Source: Bdellovibrionales bacterium (lineage in GTDB: Bacteria > Bdellovibrionota > Bdellovibrionia > Bdellovibrionales > JAUICD01). From it: DNA of 64,000 bases. How positions within the stretch are numbered: position 1 is the first letter of the stretch; each line of letters begins with the position of its first letter. The stretch is from assembly GCA_965262715.1 (NCBI GenBank), contig OZ253553.1, positions 2,368,001 through 2,432,000 on the forward strand. Reading direction: 5' to 3'. The position numbers and the translations under genes were made by a program. Positions 10,604-21,036 of this stretch are shown here, one piece after another. The notes below the pieces were generated by a model. The model was not told where the DNA came from, did no database searches, and saw nothing but the letters and a program-made list of their open reading frames with translations.

Positions 10604-11551
10604 TTATTTGGAGGATCCGTTCCATATTTTACTCACTTCTGAGATTCCCATTGTTGTTAATTCTCCTGTTTTCCATTTAGCTTCAAATTCATTAGGTGAT
10701 AAGTAACCTAATGAAGAATGTCGCCTTTTTTTATTATACATACCTTCGATAAACTTTGGAATACTTCTTAACACATCTTCAAAAGTTTTATACTCACACA
10801 GATGAACTTCTTCTCGTTTTAAAGAGCTAAAGAAAGATTCAACAAATGCATTATCCCAACAATTGGCTTTTCTCGACATACTGATCTTAAAGCCTTTTTC
10901 TTTAAGCTTGTAGGTATAATCTTTACTGGTGTATTGCACACCTTGATCACTATGATGAATACATCCTTTAGTATCTGATCTCTGCTCTAAACTCATCTCT
11001 AAAGCTCCTAAACAAAGCTCTGTGTTGATCTCTCTAGAAATAGCCCACCCTACAATCTTCCTTGAAAAAATATCTAAAATCACTGCTAAAAAAACAAAAC
11101 CATCTTGAATCCTAATGTATGTGATATCTGTTACCCAAAGCTGGTTGGGTCTATTCACTTCAATGCCAAAAGTTAAATTCGGATAAACTCGATTTGAATG
11201 TTTAGAATCTGTGGTTGAAACTCTAAAACCCTTGTAAATCAAAGCTTTTAAACCGTATTTCCGCATAATCCGAGCAATTCTCTTGCGGTTGGCTTTAATA
11301 CTCTTCTCTTGCTCAAGTTCCAATTGAATACGACGTATTCCATACATCGGATATTTACACTGTATCCTCTCAATCTGCTCTTTCAAATCAAAATCCCTTT
11401 GCTCTCGCTCTTGCTGTGAAACCTTTCTCTTGTAATAGTAGCTGCTTAAAGGTAATCCTAACGCTTTACACGTTTTTGAAATTGATCCAAATTCTTGCCA
11501 GTGATTACAGACGATCTCACGCTTCTCCTCTGTTGAAGCTCCTTTTTGGCC
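10604..11551 (-). CDS. IS3 transposase OrfB (DDE), reached by -1 frameshift
   Basis: The -1 frame is open from the slippery site (…CKALGLPLSSYYY…) into the track ORF with WVTDITY, HHSDQG and ESFFSSLKRE. Confidence 0.9.
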   Translation of the reverse strand, partial: GQKGASTEEKREIVCNHWQEFGSISKTCKALGLPLSSYYYKRKVSQQEREQRDFDLKEQIERIQCKYPMYGIRRIQLELEQEKSIKANRKRIARIMRKYGLKALIYKGFRVSTTDSKHSNRVYPNLTFGIEVNRPNQLWVTDITYIRIQDGFVFLAVILDIFSRKIVGWAISREINTELCLGALEMSLEQRSDTKGCIHHSDQGVQYTSKDYTYKLKEKGFKISMSRKANCWDNAFVESFFSSLKREEVHLCEYKTFEDVLRSIPKFIEGMYNKKRRHSSLGYLSPNEFEAKWKTGELTTMGISEVSKIWNGSSK

Positions 11552-11808
11552 TTTTTTAAAAACTCGTTCTCTAAGCTGAGCTGTCCTACCTTTGCCTGAA
11601 GTGCATATATTTGTCTCTCTAGAGATCTCTCCCTTGATGAAGGGGTTCCCAAAGGTGTCCCTTGTTGATACTTCTTAAACCACTCTAAGACTGTTTGGCG
11701 ATGAAGTTGATGCTCCCGACAAATCTCTAACAAAGATCTGCCTTCATGCATCGATTTACAAATAGCTTCCTTGAATTGAACATTAAATCGTCTTCTTACT
11801 TTGCCCAT
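11458..11808 (-). CDS. IS3 transposase OrfA (HTH)
   Basis: RRRF..QFK, HTH region, LENEFLKKA; slippery A AAA AAG at 11557-11551. Confidence 0.9.
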   Translation of the reverse strand: MGKVRRRFNVQFKEAICKSMHEGRSLLEICREHQLHRQTVLEWFKKYQQGTPLGTPSSRERSLERQIYALQAKVGQLSLENEFLKKAKKELQQRRSVRSSVITGKNLDQFQKRVKR

Positions 11809-12172
11809 GATCTTCCTCCTGCTCTTATAGCTTTTTATAGCTAAAATTCAGGAATCTCAAGTGAGTTACTTTATCACTTAACTCTCCAGTTTATGGGGTA
11901 CAGACCAAAGTTATAAGACTTATATATCTGCTATTTTATTCAATTTTGAATTAAACATTTTTAAACTCTTAAATTTTGTAATAATTTAAGGCTTTTGAGA
12001 TGGCTTATAGTGAAATTAACTCTCCTGCAAATCAATTTAACTGCTTATGACGTATATTATATACCTTAATGATATTATTAAATTTTTATTAACATCCTTG
12101 ACAAAGACGCTATTTTTTTTAAATGTACAAAAGGTATGCTTATTGGTTGGTCTGGGAAGAAGAATTTATGTC

Positions 12173-13375
12173 ATGATAAAATATAAACAGTTTATATTAG
12201 TTTCTCTTTTAATCCTTGTTTTTGAGCCATTATATGCTAACAGGAATGGCAGAAGGATGCCAGCTAGAGAAGGCTCACAAGAAGTCTTAAAACCAAGTGA
12301 GCAAATACAACCTACAAGTCCTGAGGAGATAACTGATGGAGCAAAGCCTTTACGAGATGCTGGTTTATGCCGTGATTCACTTACAAACACATCAACAAGG
12401 AATAGGATTTCTAATAGTGGTAATTATAGTATAACAGAAGTTGTTGCTGAAAATGATTTAGACAGTGTTAAATCTTTGATAGAAAGCAAAGTAGATGTTG
12501 ATTCAAGAAGAGCTCGCTTTGGTAAGACAGCTCTTATGATAGCAATAATAAACAATAATATAGAAATAGCTTATCTGCTATTAGAAGCTGGGGCAAGTGT
12601 GCATAGTACGGATGGTGAAGGTAATACTCCACTTCACTATGCTAAAGACGTAGAGTTAATACAAAAATTAGTTGATATTGGAGCAGGTGTGCATGCTCGA
12701 AATAAGGAAGATCAAACGCCATTGCATAAAGCTAAGAATGTAGAAATATCGAGAGCTTTAATTGAATTAGGCGCAGATGTACATGCTCGAGATGATAAGG
12801 GTAATACACCATTACACTTAGCTAGAAATGCGTTAATGGTCTCTTTTTTACTAACTTCGAGAGCAGATCCTAATGCTAGAGATAAAAAATTTAAAACTTT
12901 ACTACATAAGATTCAAATTGAATCAATAGCAGTACTCGTTTTAATTGATCACGGAGCAGATATAGAAGCTGAAGATATGGACGGCAGAACGCCATTACAC
13001 AATGCTGCAAATGGATCAATAGCATACCAGTTAATTCAAAGAGAGGCGAATGTGCATGCTAGAGATAATACTGGTAAGACACCAATGCATACGGCTCGCA
13101 ATGAAAGAATAGCACAGCTTTTGATAGAGGCTGGAGTTGATGTAAGCACTCCAGATGACTATGGCAGTACACCGCTGCATACAACTAGAAGTGCAGGTGT
13201 GGCAGGGCTTTTAATAAAGCATGGAGCGGATATAGATGCCGTAGATAGATACGGTAGAAAACCTGATGCCTCTGCTAATTTGGAAGTAAAAGCAGTTTTA
13301 GCTGCAGAAAGAATAGCAAGAGGTAATTATAGAAATGGATTTGTCCAAAGAGCAGTGTCTTTGTTTGTAAGGTAA
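12173..13375 (+). CDS. Secreted ankyrin repeat protein
   Basis: Signal peptide from ATG 12173; multiple G.TPLH.A ... LI..GADV.A.D repeats. Confidence 0.9.
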   Translation: MIKYKQFILVSLLILVFEPLYANRNGRRMPAREGSQEVLKPSEQIQPTSPEEITDGAKPLRDAGLCRDSLTNTSTRNRISNSGNYSITEVVAENDLDSVKSLIESKVDVDSRRARFGKTALMIAIINNNIEIAYLLLEAGASVHSTDGEGNTPLHYAKDVELIQKLVDIGAGVHARNKEDQTPLHKAKNVEISRALIELGADVHARDDKGNTPLHLARNALMVSFLLTSRADPNARDKKFKTLLHKIQIESIAVLVLIDHGADIEAEDMDGRTPLHNAANGSIAYQLIQREANVHARDNTGKTPMHTARNERIAQLLIEAGVDVSTPDDYGSTPLHTTRSAGVAGLLIKHGADIDAVDRYGRKPDASANLEVKAVLAAERIARGNYRNGFVQRAVSLFVR

Positions 13376-13623
13376 GTAAAGTGAATAAGGCGTTATACAT
13401 TTTTGGTTGCTGTCGTTTTTATGTAAGGTAATATTTGGAAAAGTATAGATCTAAAACTCATAAGATTTAGATTAGAAGGGATAACTGATGTCAAGGATGT
13501 ATAATTATATAAAATCGATAAATTCATTAACTGCTTAAAATGTTATGAGCCTAATCTTATTTCCTATTTGGCTATTTACCTGTGCCTACTTTGTAAAGTC
13601 TGCCATAATCTCCTATCTAGTAT

Positions 13624-14963
13624 ACGTGACTTCAAATCGCAAGTGCAACACTTTTGTGTTTATAGATATTTTTAAAAGTTGTATCATTTTAAGATTAATA
13701 TTTCAACAAAGTTTTAATTATCATGAAAGATTATAGTAAATTATTTAATTTGAATGAATGTATTTTGATGTTTATGGCAAAGTCTCGTAGTCCTCGAGCT
13801 AAAGCTCTGCGGAAGAACAATCCTTTGCCATAAACATCAAGCTGTCAAATAAACATTTTCAGAAGTTATTATATATAAGTAAAATTAAATGGATAAACTA
13901 TGAATAACTTCAGCAAACCATCTTTTGTCTATGAAACTCATTAGGAGTTAGAAAACCTAAACTCTTTCGAGGGCGATGGTTTAAAAAAAACTCAACCTTT
14001 TTTACATCCTTAGAGGCGATTTCTCTAAAATCTGTCTTCTTTGGAAAATACTGACGGATTAAACCATTCGTGTTCTCATTTAAACCTCTCTGATATGAAC
14101 TGTAAGGATGTGCAAAATAAACTTTACATCCAGTATATTCACTGATCTTCTCATGACACGAAAATTCTTTACCATTATCCAAAGTCATTGTATGAACAAC
14201 CTCTCCTTTAAGAGCTTTAGAAATAGCATGAAAAACTGCCTCAGATCTCTTAGATTCTATTTTGACAATCCTCGTCTTCTTAGAACATCTATCTACCAGC
14301 GTGACTAAAGCTCCTTTATGATGTCTACCTATCATTAGATCACCTTCCCAGTCTCCTATCCGACTCTTCTTATCTACTATCTTAGGCCTTTTATCAATGC
14401 TCACTCTATTCTTTATCTGACCCCTTTTATCAAATCTACTTGTACCATATCGCTTCTTGCGTTGCCTCTGACATCTTAAAAATTTGTAGAGATCTCCTCC
14501 TGATTGCTTATCTCGAAGAATATGCTGATAAATACTCTCATGACTTATAGACAAACCTTTTGGTTTAAGAAAACCGGATATCTGTTCCGGACTCCAACAT
14601 TCACAAAGAAACCTCTCAAGCTTATTAATGACTTTTTGTGTTATCTTTATATGTCTATGAGAGTTTTGAAGACGATCGACTGCTTTTTCATGGGCTTGTT
14701 GAGGACGATGACCTCGCAAACCTTTGTTACGATTCAATTCCCTATATATGGTGCTTTTATCTCGACCTAGTTGCGTAGCAATTGAACTTATTGATTTTCC
14801 ACTTTGCAAAAGAGCTAAAATCTGGTATCTATCACTTTGGGTTAGATGAGTGTACTTACTCATGGAATACTCCTTTCGTTATGTAAAGTTATTGATTAGA
14901 GTATTCCTCTAACCCCCTTTAAACAACTATGCAAGGAGTTGCACTTACAACTTGAATCCACCT
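13624..14963 (-). mobile_element. IS30-family insertion sequence
   Basis: Imperfect IRs acgtgacttcaaatcgcaagtgcaac / aggtggattcaagttgtaagtgcaac; flanking TAT repeat. Exact ends +/-1-2 bp. Confidence 0.85.
13910..14863 (-). CDS. IS30 transposase
   Basis: HTH (STIYRELNRN), WSPEQI, GDWEGD, DNGKEF, RG.NENTNGLIRQYFPK. Confidence 0.95.
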   Translation of the reverse strand: MSKYTHLTQSDRYQILALLQSGKSISSIATQLGRDKSTIYRELNRNKGLRGHRPQQAHEKAVDRLQNSHRHIKITQKVINKLERFLCECWSPEQISGFLKPKGLSISHESIYQHILRDKQSGGDLYKFLRCQRQRKKRYGTSRFDKRGQIKNRVSIDKRPKIVDKKSRIGDWEGDLMIGRHHKGALVTLVDRCSKKTRIVKIESKRSEAVFHAISKALKGEVVHTMTLDNGKEFSCHEKISEYTGCKVYFAHPYSSYQRGLNENTNGLIRQYFPKKTDFREIASKDVKKVEFFLNHRPRKSLGFLTPNEFHRQKMVC

Positions 14964-15070
14964 TATGTTAGAGGCCAAGTGGTGTGATTTGCAGAACATT
15001 AAGTGATGTATCCTTTGTAAGGGTCATGATTTTCAGTAAGCTTTTTGCATAAATAGTGAGATTTTATTTT

Positions 15071-18000
15071 CTATAAATTTTGGATATAAATGAGTTCTTC
15101 GTAGATAGCTTGCCATTTTAAACTTTGAAGTTTAATTTTTAAGCAATGATTTGGACTGATTTGATATTTCTTATTTTGCTTTGTAGCAAGATGGACAATC
15201 TTTTCTCCAGATAAGGGTGTTTTTTCTGTAAAAGTTAAGGATAAGTTTTTGTTTCCTGCTTTAAGATCACGAATGCCAAGTTGCTTGCATAAAAACCTAA
15301 TTACCATAACACCAAATAAATTCAAGACAGACTCTGGAGGCTCTCCAAACTGATCACGCACGTCCTCTTCAATAATATCAACCTCTTTAATGTCTTTGAT
15401 TTTTGAAAGCTTTCGGTAAAAAGCTAATCGCACTCTTATATCTGGCATATATTTATCGGGTATAAGAGCAGGTATTGGAATATGAATTTCTGGTTCCAAC
15501 TGAGATAAATTAGCCTCTCCTTTAACAGAAGCAATAGCTTCTTCTAAAAGCTCTAAATACAAATCATATCCTACAGCTTCTACATGTCCTGACTGAGCTT
15601 CTCCTAATAAATGACCAGCTCCTCTTAACTCTAGGTCATAATGAGCAATTTGAAGACCGCTACCTAAATCAGAGTGTTCTTGTAGAGTCTTTAGCCTCCG
15701 TTGAGCTATAGGATCAATACGGCCAGAGGTTGGCAATAAAAGATAACAATAAGCTCTTTTATTAGAACGACCTATACGTCCTCTTAATTGATATAATTGA
15801 GATAATCCAAATTTATCAGCTCTATTAACTATCATGGTGTTAGCTTGAGGGATGTCTATCCCAGATTCTATAATAGTTGTACACAGTAGTACATCAAACT
15901 CATGATGAAGAAACTCTAACATGGTTTTTTCTAAGTCTCTTTCTGGAACTTTTCCATGACCTACTTTAATTCTAATACCAGGCAATAATTTTTTAAGCTT
16001 TTCCTCTTCTTCACGCATAGACTGTATATGATTATGAATATAAAAGACTTGTCCTCCTCTTTGAATCTCTGATAAAATGGCTTTTTTGATCATTTTAGGA
16101 TCAAATTTACAAACAAAAGTTCTAGAAGGGAGACGATCTTGTGGTGCTGTATTGATTAAGCTTAAGTCTCTTAAACCCATTAAACTCATGTTTAATGTTC
16201 TAGGTATGGGAGTTGCAGATAGTGTTAGTGTATCTACACCTAACTTAATCTGACGTATTTTTTCTTTTTGAGAGACTCCAAATCTTTGCTCTTCATCAAT
16301 AATCAAAAGTCCCAGGTTACTAGGCATGACACTTCGACCAAAAAGTTTATGTGTCCCAATAATAATATCAATCTTATTTGACTTTAGGTCCTGTAAAACT
16401 TGTTTTTGTTCTTTCATAGGAGTTAATCGACTAATATGTTTGATATTTATAGACCATCGGTTAAATCGATTTTGAAAAGTTTCATAATGCTGAAAACATA
16501 AAATAGTTGTGGGCACAAGTATCATGCATTGTTTTTGATTTAAAACACAATGAAAGGCTGCTCTCATGGCTACTTCTGTTTTACCAAAACCTACATCACC
16601 ACAAACAAGTCGATCCATTGATTTGGAGCTTGTCATATCAGAAATAACATCAGATATAGCTTTGTTTTGATCTTGTGTTTCTTCATAAGGGAAATAGGCT
16701 TCAAATTCCTTAAACTCAGGTCCTGGAGAGGTAAAAGGCTCTTTGCTATGTTGAGATCTTTTCGCATAAACTTGTAAAAGGTCATTGGCTATATCTTTAA
16801 GATGTAATTTTACCTTAATGGTAACTTGCTTCCAGCGATTTCCACCAAGAGTGTCAAGTACCCCAGGTCCAGAATACTTTTGTATTTGTCCTACCTTATA
16901 AATAGGTAAGTAAAGCTTATTATCATCTTTATATTTTATTTGTATAAACTCATAATCAATGCCTTGGATGTTAATTATTTTTAAGCCTTCATATATGCCT
17001 ACACCATTATCCACATGGACCACTTTGTTTCCAACTTGCATGTCAGCAAAGGATAAATGTGGCTGCTGTATTGTAGGCTGTTTTGTTGGTTGATCGTGTG
17101 ATGTTCTTTTCTTTCCAAAGAAATCCTCTTCTCTTAAAAGAATAAACTTTTCATTGATAAAACGGAGACTTTCACTTACAGGATAAGGTATAATTAAAGG
17201 CAGAAGTGTTTGGGAAGAACTTGGTGATTTTATTTCTAAAGTAGATATATAATCTTCAGATGGAGACTCTTTCTGATTGTGTAAGTTCCAAATCCAATTT
17301 TGTGTATCATTTTGAATTGTTGAGCTTATATCTTTAGTTTTTAGAAGACTTTGAAGCCTACTAGCTTGTGTTATCGTGTGTGTGGATATGATAATTTGAT
17401 AGCACTCATGTATCCAAGCTTTTATTTTATCAAAAGCTATTTCAATAGAGGTTGTTTTATTTTGAATCAACTTACCAATAGACAGAACTTTCATGGAAAT
17501 GTCAGGTGTTGTTTTCTCTAAATCTTGAAGATCAGTAGGATTGAGAGTTGAGACTTCAAAACATTTTTTAACAGAATTTAAATTGATATCAGAAAATTGC
17601 GCATACAGTTGTTTTGCTAAGAAAGAGGCTGTTATAACTGAATCTGGTGAAGGAACTTCTATTTGATAGGGTTTATTATTCAATTTCTCAGTTGCTTGAG
17701 AAATTTCCATTGGATTAATTTTCCAAAGATTGATCTGATCTGTAAAATAATCTATAGGATTATTTAAACTTCCATAATAGTAACAAAGAAGATAATCAAT
17801 GCCATGGAAGTAATTTCCAAAAACTATATCGTGTAAAATATCCTCTGCATGTGAAATAGAATTTATTTTTTCTAATATAGATTTAATTTTTTGACTAGCA
17901 AGGTTTTTATTTTTATTAGAGATTAAAATTTCTCTACAAGGAATAATATCTGCTTGTAAAATAGGAGAAATAGACCTTTGAGTTTTAGGATCAAAAAGCC

Positions 18001-18598
18001 TTAATGATTCAACATACTGACCAAAAAGCTCAATACGAACAGGTGCATGAAGAGTTGGTGAAAAAATATCAATAATACCTCCTCTGATAGCGTATTGTCC
18101 GGGGTCTTCTACCATGGGGCTGGCAAAATATCCCATAGAAGAAAGCACTTTATCGATTGAATGAGGAATGTCAGTATTTTTTTCTAAATGCATAATGTGA
18201 GAGGAAAAAATATCAATTGGAAGTGTTTTTTGTAAAAAAGACTCTGTTGTGGCTAGATAAAGCCCATTATCTTTTTTTGAAGCATGGTAGAGCCATTGTA
18301 ATCTTTGAGCAATAACTTGTGGGTTAGGATACAAACCAGAGTCAGGGGCCACATCAAAAGCAGGCAGAGTGAAAACACTTCCAGAAAATCCAAAAAATTT
18401 AAGATTCATGATCATACTCTGCATATATTTGCGGTGAGGCAGTAAAATAAGGTTTGGGATTTGACTTATATCTGTTTGCGAGATTATGGAAAGTAGCTTA
18501 GAGATAGCTACAGTTGAAGTAGTCCCTGATATAAAGATATCTTTACTTTCTCTTTTGTATGCTTGGAGAATTTGAGATTCTGTTTGGGTAAAGTCCAT
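15071..18598 (-). CDS. mfd: Transcription-repair coupling factor
   Basis: UvrB-like N-terminus, CarD/TRCF RID, GDVGFGKT, DEEQRFG, QLRGRIGRS, TRCF C-terminus. Confidence 0.97.
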   Translation of the reverse strand: MDFTQTESQILQAYKRESKDIFISGTTSTVAISKLLSIISQTDISQIPNLILLPHRKYMQSMIMNLKFFGFSGSVFTLPAFDVAPDSGLYPNPQVIAQRLQWLYHASKKDNGLYLATTESFLQKTLPIDIFSSHIMHLEKNTDIPHSIDKVLSSMGYFASPMVEDPGQYAIRGGIIDIFSPTLHAPVRIELFGQYVESLRLFDPKTQRSISPILQADIIPCREILISNKNKNLASQKIKSILEKINSISHAEDILHDIVFGNYFHGIDYLLCYYYGSLNNPIDYFTDQINLWKINPMEISQATEKLNNKPYQIEVPSPDSVITASFLAKQLYAQFSDINLNSVKKCFEVSTLNPTDLQDLEKTTPDISMKVLSIGKLIQNKTTSIEIAFDKIKAWIHECYQIIISTHTITQASRLQSLLKTKDISSTIQNDTQNWIWNLHNQKESPSEDYISTLEIKSPSSSQTLLPLIIPYPVSESLRFINEKFILLREEDFFGKKRTSHDQPTKQPTIQQPHLSFADMQVGNKVVHVDNGVGIYEGLKIINIQGIDYEFIQIKYKDDNKLYLPIYKVGQIQKYSGPGVLDTLGGNRWKQVTIKVKLHLKDIANDLLQVYAKRSQHSKEPFTSPGPEFKEFEAYFPYEETQDQNKAISDVISDMTSSKSMDRLVCGDVGFGKTEVAMRAAFHCVLNQKQCMILVPTTILCFQHYETFQNRFNRWSINIKHISRLTPMKEQKQVLQDLKSNKIDIIIGTHKLFGRSVMPSNLGLLIIDEEQRFGVSQKEKIRQIKLGVDTLTLSATPIPRTLNMSLMGLRDLSLINTAPQDRLPSRTFVCKFDPKMIKKAILSEIQRGGQVFYIHNHIQSMREEEEKLKKLLPGIRIKVGHGKVPERDLEKTMLEFLHHEFDVLLCTTIIESGIDIPQANTMIVNRADKFGLSQLYQLRGRIGRSNKRAYCYLLLPTSGRIDPIAQRRLKTLQEHSDLGSGLQIAHYDLELRGAGHLLGEAQSGHVEAVGYDLYLELLEEAIASVKGEANLSQLEPEIHIPIPALIPDKYMPDIRVRLAFYRKLSKIKDIKEVDIIEEDVRDQFGEPPESVLNLFGVMVIRFLCKQLGIRDLKAGNKNLSLTFTEKTPLSGEKIVHLATKQNKKYQISPNHCLKIKLQSLKWQAIYEELIYIQNL

Positions 18599-18648
18599 AT
18601 TTATGACTTATAAGACATTATAGGGTTTTTGCACAAACATTTTAATAA

Positions 18649-18775
18649 TTGGCTTTACGCAACCCTTATAATTTTAAAAGATATATTGTTATTTATTGAT
18701 TTATCTAAGTAAGTCTTTCTTGATTGTCATTTTTGGAACATGGAATTCCAGGAAACCGGGAATTTGATAGCCTGT
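18649..18775 (+). repeat. Dispersed repeat family B copy
   Basis: ttggctttacgcaacccttataattttaaaagatatattgttatttattgatttatctaag...ggaattccaggaaaccggg aligns with the 3378 copy. Confidence 0.7.
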
Positions 18776-18988
18776 TTGATTGGATTTTTTTCATAATTAC
18801 GGGTGATAAGATATAGCTTGTCTGATTATTTGATTACTGGATTTTAGAAAACAAATAGTCAATTTATACTTCTATAACAAATTTAAGTTTTATTGTTTTA
18901 GCTCTTAACTATTTTGTGGTTTTTACCGAATTCTATTTGTAAATCTCTATTTCGTCTTTAGTGATGAGATAAGAAGGAAGTATAAAAA

Positions 18989-20464
18989 ATGAAACCTCTA
19001 AGAATCCTAGGAAAAGCTTATCGCTGTAGGAAAGTTCTTCTATTAACAGCTTTATTTGTTATGTTAGTAGGTTTTCAAAACTGTATGGACAGTGATTTTA
19101 GTAGGCAAAATAGAATGCCTGGTGCAGTAGGTTCTTTAGAAAGTACCGAAAACTTGCAAAACATAACACTTAATCAAGCTGATTTTAAACTTATACAAAG
19201 CATTGCAGCTGGGTCTGATCATACTTGTATGATTCTAGCTTCTGAAGATGAATCTATAACAGGTGGTTTAGTAAAATGTTGGGGTAGAAACGACTTTGGT
19301 CAACTAGGTACAGAAAATAGTCAAGATGATGATCCAAGCCAGGATGGGTTTTTTGTAGATTTAGGGGTAGGTCATACTGCTAAGGCTATTACCGCTGGGG
19401 ATCAGCATACCTGCGCTATCTTAGATAATGACAGGATCAAGTGTTGGGGCACTAATGATTATGGTCAATTAGGACTGGGTGATACCAATAATCGAGGTGG
19501 TAATGTGGAAAGTGAAATGGGCAATAATTTGCCTTATGTTGATTTAGGAGCAAATCACACAGTTAAAACTCTTTTTGCAAGATATAATTATACTTGTGCT
19601 ATCTTAGATAGTGATCAATTGAAATGTTGGGGAGACAATTACTTTGGTCAGTTAGGTTTAGGTGATATCGATGCTCGAGGTGATGCACCTAATGAAATGG
19701 GTGATAATCTACCCTATATTGATTTAGGTGAAGATCACACCATCAAAACAGTCAGTGCAGGCAAAAACCATACATGTGCTATCTTAGATAATGATCAATT
19801 GAAATGTTGGGGGATAAATAATTTTGGTCAATTGGGTTTGGGAGATAGAATGTCTAGAGGAGATGCTCTTGATGAGATGGGTGATAACTTGCCTTATGTT
19901 GATTTAGGAACAGATCGCACTGTTAAAGCCATCACTGCTGGAGATAGTTACACTTGCGGAATATTAGATAATGATCAATTGAAATGCTGGGGGTTGAACC
20001 TTCTATTTGGTCAGACTGAATTTATTAATTATGTAGGTGATGAAGCAAATGAGATGGGTGATTATCTTGGATATGTTCAACTGAATGCTGGCCGTGTGGC
20101 TCATTTTGTGACAGGAGGTCCTTATCACGTCTGTTTAGGTTTAGATAGTGGTCAAGTGAAATGTTGGGGCAGAAATGATAGAGGTCAATTAGGTTTGGGT
20201 GATACAGATTATCGAGGTGGTGCGAGTAATGAAAGTGTCGATCAATTGTCTGTTGTGAATTTGGGAACAGATCGCACTGCTCAATTTCTTGTGGCAGGAG
20301 ATAAACACACTTGTGGTGTATTGGATGATAATAAAATTAAATGTTGGGGCAGTAATGAACACAATCAATTGTGGCTAAATGATACAGAAGATCACAGAGG
20401 TGATATTCCTAATGAAATGGGTGATAACTTACCTTATATTGATTTTATAAGTGGTAATTTATAA
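18989..20464 (+). CDS. RCC1/BLIP-II repeat lipoprotein
   Basis: GFQNC lipobox; 7 KCWG-type repeats homologous to 3690-5615. Confidence 0.9.
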   Translation: MKPLRILGKAYRCRKVLLLTALFVMLVGFQNCMDSDFSRQNRMPGAVGSLESTENLQNITLNQADFKLIQSIAAGSDHTCMILASEDESITGGLVKCWGRNDFGQLGTENSQDDDPSQDGFFVDLGVGHTAKAITAGDQHTCAILDNDRIKCWGTNDYGQLGLGDTNNRGGNVESEMGNNLPYVDLGANHTVKTLFARYNYTCAILDSDQLKCWGDNYFGQLGLGDIDARGDAPNEMGDNLPYIDLGEDHTIKTVSAGKNHTCAILDNDQLKCWGINNFGQLGLGDRMSRGDALDEMGDNLPYVDLGTDRTVKAITAGDSYTCGILDNDQLKCWGLNLLFGQTEFINYVGDEANEMGDYLGYVQLNAGRVAHFVTGGPYHVCLGLDSGQVKCWGRNDRGQLGLGDTDYRGGASNESVDQLSVVNLGTDRTAQFLVAGDKHTCGVLDDNKIKCWGSNEHNQLWLNDTEDHRGDIPNEMGDNLPYIDFISGNL

Positions 20465-20527
20465 TGGGTAACTTTTCTTTAAGGAAGGCTCAATAGTTTT
20501 ATAACAATTTTTTATTTTAAAAAATAT

Positions 20528-20712
20528 TTAATTAGAAAGAACTTGAGCGCAGGTTAAAGTTTTAAGGTTCGTATCAAAGTTATGATAAAAATCAACAAGA
20601 TTTTGAGTTTTTATCATATCTCTTATCTTTGTCATCAATGTTCTTTCTTCTATTTGACTAAGTTGTGGTTCTTGTTTTAAGGCTTCCATCATATTTTTTA
20701 GTTCATAGCTTT
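20528..20712 (-). pseudogene. Probable C-terminal gene fragment truncated at the IS5 left end
   Basis: Open frame of about 60 codons (SYELKNMMEAL...TCAQVLSN*) running up to the IS boundary. Confidence 0.5.
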
Positions 20713-20753
20713 GGCTTTGTTGCAGAAAGATTTAAGGAAGTATATAAAAGATT

Positions 20754-20911
20754 AGAGAATTATGGCAGGCATCTTCCATAGGCTCTAGGCAACCCCCGCG
20801 CCTTGTATTGCTTTCACTTTAAGATTTTATTATAGAATAAGATACTTTAAGGAATATTTATTCCCTAAGGCACTGGCCTAATCCTATTCCAGAAGCCTGC
20901 CATAATTCTCT
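20754..20911. repeat. Palindromic cassette (family A) inside the IS left end
   Basis: 17-bp perfect IR agagaattatggcaggc/gcctgccataattctct; homologous to 31046-31200 in reverse orientation. Confidence 0.88.
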
Positions 20912-21036
20912 TACATGTTTATGCAATAAACTTTGTTTATTGATTTAATATATCTATTATTTTGATTTTTTAGTTTTAGTGATTATAAAATTTACCCATC
21001 CCTAAGTTCCCCAATTTCCAGATAAAGGAGTCAGAG

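Larger units (their letters stand above)
10591..11907 (-). mobile_element. IS3-family insertion sequence
   Basis: TG...CA ends, imperfect IRs (TGAGGTGTACCCTTTATTTGGAG / TGGTCTGTACCCCATAAACTGGAG), 3-bp flanking repeat AAG, orfA+orfB. Confidence 0.92.
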
